Shown here in pieces: positions 58,530 to 64,000 of a stretch of DNA of 64,000 nucleotides. The stretch is from Acidimicrobiia bacterium (lineage in GTDB: Bacteria > Actinomycetota > Acidimicrobiia > Acidimicrobiales > SKKL01), in NCBI GenBank assembly GCA_041676705.1, contig JBAYRL010000002.1, positions 191,993 through 255,992 on the forward strand, in the 5' to 3' direction. The translations under genes were made by a program, and so were the position numbers. The notes under the pieces were generated by a model that was not told where the DNA came from, did not search any database, and was given only the letters and a program-made list of their open reading frames with translations. Numbering within the stretch: the stretch's first letter is position 1; every line of letters begins with the position of its first letter.

Positions 58530-59267
58530 CTAGCCCTTCAACACCCGAGGAGCACTGTTCATGGCTTGGGTATTTGGTAGGTGACGGACCACGCCTTCGC
58601 GCTCCAAAACCTCAACACTTCCCGGGTGCATTGCCAACACTGTTCCTACCAGTGAACGGTCAGGACCCAATTCAAACTCGACCCGGTCACCGGGGCGCAA
58701 AATACGCGCCAGATATCGGCCCGCCGCCAGCTCTTGGGCCACATGCTGTCCGCCTAAACCCACCAGCAAAGCAGCTGCGGTTACAACCCCAAAAACCAAT
58801 GCCGATACGGCTAACACCAGTAACAAGGTGTCCACACCAACCTGAGCCAAAGCCACAATCACTGCGGCCGCAGTAATAGCGGTTCTAACCAACAATCCAG
58901 CCTGTGACCGCAAGCGAGAGTATCCGCCAACCAGTCCCTGGCTAAGGGCGGCACCAGCGGCCAACGCCAAGGCCCTACCACCAACTAAAATTAGGGCCGC
59001 TGCAATATAGGCGGGTAGTTGGTCGGCAAACCACCGCGGCAAGTCTTCAAATGACTCTTCGTCCAGCACCGAACTGGCTAGCACCAAGCCCAAGACGGTG
59101 AGCACAACGAAAAATGATATGGCCATCGCTCTTGCTGAATCGTGGTACAGCCGATCGACATCACGGTCCTTGGTCAAGATGCGATAAATCAAACTGGCAC
59201 CCACCAGGCCAGCCACAACCCCCACCGCCACCAAGGCAATAGCTGCCGCCCACAGATCATCCATCAT
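58530..59267 (-). CDS. CmpX/MscS-like membrane protein (TM helices + MscS beta domain, no C-terminal alpha/beta domain)
   Basis: ALAQVGVDT, LLVGLGG..VAQELAAGRYL...LRPGDRV..GTVLAM...VEV..GVVRHLPN. Confidence 0.75.
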   Translation of the reverse strand: MMDDLWAAAIALVAVGVVAGLVGASLIYRILTKDRDVDRLYHDSARAMAISFFVVLTVLGLVLASSVLDEESFEDLPRWFADQLPAYIAAALILVGGRALALAAGAALSQGLVGGYSRLRSQAGLLVRTAITAAAVIVALAQVGVDTLLLVLAVSALVFGVVTAAALLVGLGGQHVAQELAAGRYLARILRPGDRVEFELGPDRSLVGTVLAMHPGSVEVLEREGVVRHLPNTQAMNSAPRVLKG

Positions 59268-59614
59268 TGTTCCCCTTCAATATTTCCGTCATTCGAGGTG
59301 TTCAAAATCACATCCAACATGCTCCACGGCAAGGCAAAGAGTTCGAGAAATCCCGAAAGGGCTTCTTGGTTTGCAATTCGATTTCGTAGTTGCCCTTGGT
59401 CTGCGATTATCGCTGTTTCTGGCTGGCTACGCGCCTGCGACAAGGCATTCGTCGCCGCCACATCTAGTTTGGAAAGATGGTCTAAGCGGTCTAAGCACAC
59501 TTCGCAGCGCAACAAATGTTGCCCAACCCGGCCTGGTCGCTCAGTTTCAAGCCAAAGGCTCAACGCCTCATCGTTCGGATGGCTTGATTGTGGGGATGGA
59601 TCTGGACCGCTCAT
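59264..59614 (-). CDS. Zinc-binding (ZAS-type) anti-sigma factor-like protein
   Basis: HPNDEAL...HLLRCEVC (H-x3-C-x2-C). ATG at 59614 overlaps the sigma stop. Confidence 0.7.
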   Translation of the reverse strand: MSGPDPSPQSSHPNDEALSLWLETERPGRVGQHLLRCEVCLDRLDHLSKLDVAATNALSQARSQPETAIIADQGQLRNRIANQEALSGFLELFALPWSMLDVILNTSNDGNIEGEQ

Positions 59615-60126
59615 TTCCACTCTTCCAGAATCGTTTGCAATTTACGGCGAGCTCGGAACAGTCGGGTTTTAACCGTTGGTAGTGGCAGGTTTAGCACTTC
59701 TGAAATCTCCTCGTAGCTCAAATCTGATATCTCACGCATCACTACAATCGAACGTGTTTGCGGATCAAGGCTCTCTAGCGCTGCCCAGAACCGCTCTACC
59801 GCCACTCGGTCATTCACCACGTCAGCCGTCGACCTATCAGAAGTGGCCACATTGGTGAGCGATTCTGGTGCCATTGGTTCGTCACGACGCTTGCGCAACA
59901 TGGAGATAGCTTGGTTTCGGGCGACTTTTAGCAACCAGGCCCGAGGTACGTCACCCTCTGGCCAACGGTCCATTGAACCCCAAGCCCGAAGCAACGTTTC
60001 TTGAACAACATCGTTCGCTAGGGCTTCATCACTCACAATCGAACGTGCCAGACGGTAAATATCAGTGCCGAACTGCTCAATTAGGCGCGCAAGTATCACA
60101 TTGGCGTCACTAAATGGCAGCGCCAC
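59611..60126 (-). CDS. ECF RNA polymerase sigma factor
   Basis: ANDVVQETLLRAW, RAWLLKVARN (region 2); LSYEEISEVLNLPLPTVKTRLFRAR (region 4). Confidence 0.93.
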   Translation of the reverse strand: MALPFSDANVILARLIEQFGTDIYRLARSIVSDEALANDVVQETLLRAWGSMDRWPEGDVPRAWLLKVARNQAISMLRKRRDEPMAPESLTNVATSDRSTADVVNDRVAVERFWAALESLDPQTRSIVVMREISDLSYEEISEVLNLPLPTVKTRLFRARRKLQTILEEWK

Positions 60127-60268
60127 AGGTGATTCATGATCGGTTCGATTAACAGGGTCTTTGGTGATCGGTTTTCTTATCGGTCGCTCGTGGTAACAAC
60201 TTAGGCCCTATACCGATGTACAGGTGCTACTTGACCACAGCGTTCTTGGACATAAGTCTTATTACCTC

Positions 60269-61528
60269 ATGTCTGATGCCCAGTCTCCGTTACGTATAGC
60301 CCTACTCGCCTATCGGGGTAAGCCCCACGTCGGTGGCCAGGGCGTATATATCCGCCATCTTTCCAAAGCCTTGGTTGACCTTGGGCACCACGTAGAAGTG
60401 TTGGGAGGCCAGCCCTACCCCGAGCTCGATCCACGAGTTCCTCTGGTGGAGCTCCCAAGCCTCGACATTTACAACGACCATTTTCCGATGCGTTTGCCAG
60501 GGCCGTGGGAGATTAAGGGTTTGGGTGACCTAGTTGAAGTCACCAATTTCATGTCAGGCAGTTTTCCCGAACCTCTAGCTTTTAGTGTGCGCGCCGCTCA
60601 ACATCTACGTCGCCGTACTGGTGAGTTCGATCTGGTACACGACAACCAATCTCTGGGTTATGGGCTATTGGCCATTGAAAAAATGGGGCTGCCGGTGCTC
60701 GGAACAATTCACCACCCCATCACAGTTGACCGGCGTTTAGAGATGGAACATGCTCGCAACGTTTGGACCCGTTTCTCCAAGTCGCGTTGGTACGCCTTCA
60801 CCAAGATGCAAACTCGGGTGGCTTCTAAGCTCACCCGCATCATCACTGTTTCTGAGTCTTCCTTTGGCGACATCACCAAAGACCACGACGTCGACCCCGC
60901 ACGGCTTCATGTAGTACCAGTTGGCGTTGACCCCGAATTGTTTAGGCCACTGCCGCACGTGCAACGAGTGCCGGGTCGACTTATCACCACTGCTTCGGCC
61001 GATGTGACCATGAAGGGTTTACGTTATTTGCTGGAAGCTTTGGCCGAATTACGAAAAACCCGAGATGTATCGCTTGTGGTTATTGGCAAGCCTAAACCGG
61101 GCGGACCTTCTGCTCACACCATCGATGAACTCGGCTTAACCGAGCACGTCACCTTTATTAGCGGGGTGCCCGATCAGCGAATTGTTGAACTTTACGCCGA
61201 AGCCGAGCTAGCCGTGGTGCCATCTTTATATGAAGGTTTCTCACTACCGGCCATTGAGGCTATGGCCAGTGGCGTGCCACTGGTAGCGACTACCGGCGGC
61301 GCGCTGCCCGAAGTTACCGGCGCGGCTGGCGAAACGTGTTTCCAAGTGGAACCCGGCAATTCAGTGGCTTTGGCGGCAGAGATAGCTCGGGCTTTAGATT
61401 CACCCGAAGCACGTGACCGTATTGGTGCTGCCGGACGTGATCGAGTTATAGAACGTTGGAGTTGGCGACACACAGCGGAAGCAACTGTGGAACAATACAG
61501 GGCGCTTCTAGAGGAATGGCCACGGTAG
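60269..61528 (+). CDS. manT: GT4 glycosyltransferase, MMP alpha-1,4-mannosyltransferase-like
   Basis: RIALLAYRGKPHVGGQGVY, GQPYP, FPEP..FS.RA, VHDNQ, HHPIT.DR, ASAD..KG, PSLYEGFSLPAIEAMASG; matches mycobacterial ManT as recalled from memory. Start ATG 60269. Confidence 0.82.
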   Translation: MSDAQSPLRIALLAYRGKPHVGGQGVYIRHLSKALVDLGHHVEVLGGQPYPELDPRVPLVELPSLDIYNDHFPMRLPGPWEIKGLGDLVEVTNFMSGSFPEPLAFSVRAAQHLRRRTGEFDLVHDNQSLGYGLLAIEKMGLPVLGTIHHPITVDRRLEMEHARNVWTRFSKSRWYAFTKMQTRVASKLTRIITVSESSFGDITKDHDVDPARLHVVPVGVDPELFRPLPHVQRVPGRLITTASADVTMKGLRYLLEALAELRKTRDVSLVVIGKPKPGGPSAHTIDELGLTEHVTFISGVPDQRIVELYAEAELAVVPSLYEGFSLPAIEAMASGVPLVATTGGALPEVTGAAGETCFQVEPGNSVALAAEIARALDSPEARDRIGAAGRDRVIERWSWRHTAEATVEQYRALLEEWPR

Positions 61529-62266
61529 ATGTTAACGGTTAGATATGAAGAACTGGGTTTGAACCCAGGTGAACGTTTGTTGGACTTGGGTTGCGGTTTC
61601 GGGCGGCACGCTTTTGAAGGCTTGCGGCAAGGGGCGACGGTGGTGGCATTCGACTACGCCTTGGAAGAGCTGAAACAGGTTCGAGCTACTTACGGTGCCA
61701 TGTATGAGGCAGGCGAGGTCCCAACTGGCGCAACCGCCGGGGCGGTGCGAGGTGATGCCCACCGACTACCGTTCCCCGATGCTTGTTTCGACCGGGTGAT
61801 CGCTTCGGAAGTAATTGAACATCTGCCCGACGATTCTTTGGCGGTTCGCGAACTGGCCCGGGTGCTACGACCCGGTGGCACCATTGCCATTACGGTGCCC
61901 GCCCGGTTCCCCGAAACTGTGTGTTGGAAACTTTCTGAGGAATACCACGCCCCAATTGCGGTTGGCGGACACCTTCGTATTTACCCCAAAAAGCAAATTA
62001 CCAACATGATGGAAAACGCTGGGCTAGCTCCGTATCGATCACATAAAGCCCACGCTTTGCACAGTCCGTATTGGTGGTTGAAATGTGCCGTGGGGCCCAC
62101 GAACGACGAGAATCAGGCTGTTAAGGCCTACCACAAGCTCTTAACCTGGGACATTATGAAGGCCCCTGCGATCACACGTCGCAGTGAACAGATCCTGAAC
62201 CCGCTCTTGGGTAAAAGCATTGCAGTTTATGCACGCAAACCAGTGAAGGAGAACGCGGGTGGGTAA
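61529..62266 (+). CDS. mtfA: Class I SAM methyltransferase, putative MMP 3-O-methyltransferase
   Basis: MLTV....LG..PG..LLDLGCG.GRH, ASEVIEH, VPARFPE.VCW.LS.EYH, GGHLRIY, HALHSPYWWLKCAVG; position in the cluster. Confidence 0.7.
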   Translation: MLTVRYEELGLNPGERLLDLGCGFGRHAFEGLRQGATVVAFDYALEELKQVRATYGAMYEAGEVPTGATAGAVRGDAHRLPFPDACFDRVIASEVIEHLPDDSLAVRELARVLRPGGTIAITVPARFPETVCWKLSEEYHAPIAVGGHLRIYPKKQITNMMENAGLAPYRSHKAHALHSPYWWLKCAVGPTNDENQAVKAYHKLLTWDIMKAPAITRRSEQILNPLLGKSIAVYARKPVKENAGG

Positions 62267-63389
62267 CGCTTCAATAACGGCCCCTGAGGTGGCGGGTCTC
62301 ATTACCTCTGCCGAGGTAAAAGCTACAGCCGAAGCCATCGCGGAATGGCAACTACCCAGTGGCATGATCCCCTGGACGCCGAACGGCCAGGCCGACGCTT
62401 GGAACCACACTGAAGCCGCGATGGCACTGTCGCGGGTAGGGCTAATATCCGAAGCCGAAGCCGCCTACAGCTGGCTGGAAGCCATGCAACGGCCCGACGG
62501 TTCTTGGCATCAGTATTATCTGCCTGACCGGGTGAAGCATCACAAGCTTGATGCCAACGTGTGTGCCTATGTGGCGGCCGGGGTTTGGTACCACTACGCC
62601 CTAACCAATGACCGTGGTTTCTTAGAAACTATGTGGCGTGTGGTCGAGCCCGCCATCGACTTCGTACTCGATTTGCAAACCCAACGGGGCGAAATTCTCT
62701 GGGCCCGTCACACCGATGGCACCCCCTGGCCTTTCGCCTTGCTCACCGGATCATCGAGCATTGCTCACAGTATTCGCTGTGCCATTTCTATTGCCCATGA
62801 ACTAGGCCATGAACGACCGGATTGGGAACTTTCCGCGGCACGATTGGCCCATGTTATCCGCAGCATTCCCGAAGCTTTTGAACCTAAAGAACGCTGGGCC
62901 ATGGACTGGTATTACCCGGTGTTAGCAGGCGTAGTTACTGGTGAAGCAGCCCGGCAACATTTGGCGCAACGCTACGACCAGTTTGTGATGGAGGGTAAGG
63001 GCATCCGTTGTGTGCACGACCGTCCGTGGATCACGGTGGCTGAAACCTGTGAAGGCACCATGGCACACCTCGCGGCTGGTGAGTTTGAAAAAGCTCGCGA
63101 GCTTTTCAGCTGGATTGCTTCCCAACGTACCGCCGATGGCCGCTACTGGACCGGTACCGTGTACCCCGACGAGGAGCGTTTCCCCGCCGCCGAACAAAGC
63201 ACCTATACCGCAGCCGCCGTGGTGCTAGCAGCAGACGCTTTAGACGGCACGAGCGCCGCTTCAACCATGTTCACTACCAATGAGGTCATTGCTTCTTTGG
63301 TGGAGTTCGAATCGGTGGAATCTATCGAATCGGGCGACACTTCGGGGCCGACTAAGACCGTGGAGTCGATCGCTGAAGCTACTGATTAG
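62259..63389 (+). CDS. mmpH: (alpha/alpha)-barrel protein, putative MMP hydrolase
   Basis: Q.PSGMIPW, D.WNHTEAAMAL, Q.PDGSW, DANVCAYVAAGVW, RWAMDWYYPVL, WITVAETCE; position in the cluster. Confidence 0.7.
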   Translation: MGNASITAPEVAGLITSAEVKATAEAIAEWQLPSGMIPWTPNGQADAWNHTEAAMALSRVGLISEAEAAYSWLEAMQRPDGSWHQYYLPDRVKHHKLDANVCAYVAAGVWYHYALTNDRGFLETMWRVVEPAIDFVLDLQTQRGEILWARHTDGTPWPFALLTGSSSIAHSIRCAISIAHELGHERPDWELSAARLAHVIRSIPEAFEPKERWAMDWYYPVLAGVVTGEAARQHLAQRYDQFVMEGKGIRCVHDRPWITVAETCEGTMAHLAAGEFEKARELFSWIASQRTADGRYWTGTVYPDEERFPAAEQSTYTAAAVVLAADALDGTSAASTMFTTNEVIASLVEFESVESIESGDTSGPTKTVESIAEATD

Positions 63390-64000
63390 GCTTAATACGT
63401 TTTAACACCCGCAACGAGCCCGTAACTGAAATTTCGTGAAAAGCACCCGAGTTGATGGCTCGTAAGTAAATCTCATAGGGCGGACGGCCACCGTCCTTGG
63501 GGTTCGGGAAGACGTCGTGGATGGCAAGTGTTCCGCCTATGGCCACATGGGGTACCCAGGTTTCATAATCGCGATGAGCCGGTTCGGTGCCGTGGCCGCC
63601 ATCGATAAACAGGAACCCTAACTGGGTCGTCCAGTATCGGCCCACGGTGGGAGAATCACCCACTATCGCCACCACAAAGGGCTCTAGTTCGGCCTGGTAA
63701 AGGGTGCGGCGGAACGTGGGTAAGGTGTCGAGCTTGTTAATAGTGTCGTCGACCAAGTCGGGTTCGTGCCATTCCCAGCCCACCTGGTTTTCTTCGGATC
63801 CCCGGTGATGATCGAGAGCAAAAAGCACGGTTTGGCGTTCTTTGGCGGCTGTGCCCAGATAAATGGCCGATTTTCCGCAGTAACTGCCAATTTCTAAGAA
63901 TGGACCGGCCTCGGCTTCAACCGCAGCTTGATAAAGCGCCAAACCTTCGTCGGTGGGCATAAAACCACGGGCCGCTTCGGCAGCTTGGCGTGCGGCTTCG
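63379..64000 (-). CDS. meT1: MMP 1-O-methyltransferase-like (start lies beyond the right window edge)
   Basis: Frame stays open to the edge (..EAARQAAEAARGFMPTDEG); EIGSYCGKS, DHHRGSEE, DTLP, FIDGGH, HDVFP.PKDGG.PP. Confidence 0.8.
   Translation of the reverse strand, partial: EAARQAAEAARGFMPTDEGLALYQAAVEAEAGPFLEIGSYCGKSAIYLGTAAKERQTVLFALDHHRGSEENQVGWEWHEPDLVDDTINKLDTLPTFRRTLYQAELEPFVVAIVGDSPTVGRYWTTQLGFLFIDGGHGTEPAHRDYETWVPHVAIGGTLAIHDVFPNPKDGGRPPYEIYLRAINSGAFHEISVTGSLRVLKRIKPNQ

Noticed and set aside
62259-63389. Terpene cyclase/prenyltransferase function for the alpha/alpha-barrel gene
   Set aside because: No DxDD motif seen; the QxxDGSW-like repeat is only a fold feature, and the context points to an MMP hydrolase.

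Overview
Bacterial chromosomal window from an actinobacterium, probably class Acidimicrobiia (inferred from gene content: GlgM/GlgE, HelD, class E sortase, Lnt, MMP genes). No rRNA or CRISPR array was found. Bases 1 to about 8080 form a higher-GC accessory/defence island ending at the 5' side of tRNA-Arg(CCT) (8082-8154). The island holds a type I restriction-modification operon (hsdM-hsdS-hsdR, with hsdR cut by the window edge), a divergent 500-aa DDE-transposase-like gene without visible terminal inverted repeats, a decayed relic of a second hsdR, a frameshifted antitoxin-like gene, and a small coiled-coil/winged-helix protein with an operator-like repeat array. The rest is mostly backbone: tandem ktrB-ktrB-ktrA, aroC, an alpha-glucan cluster (glgP, glgM, glgC, glgX, glgB, malQ, glgE), a cytochrome oxidase assembly operon, an adenylate cyclase-STAND-TPR protein, an ABC exporter, lhr, helD and sortase-lnt. 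Near the right end are a translationally coupled ECF sigma / zinc anti-sigma / CmpX-MscS-like operon and a four-gene cluster matching the mycobacterial methylmannose polysaccharide (MMP) locus (manT-mtfA-mmpH-meT1). All family assignments come from motif recognition by eye, not database searches.
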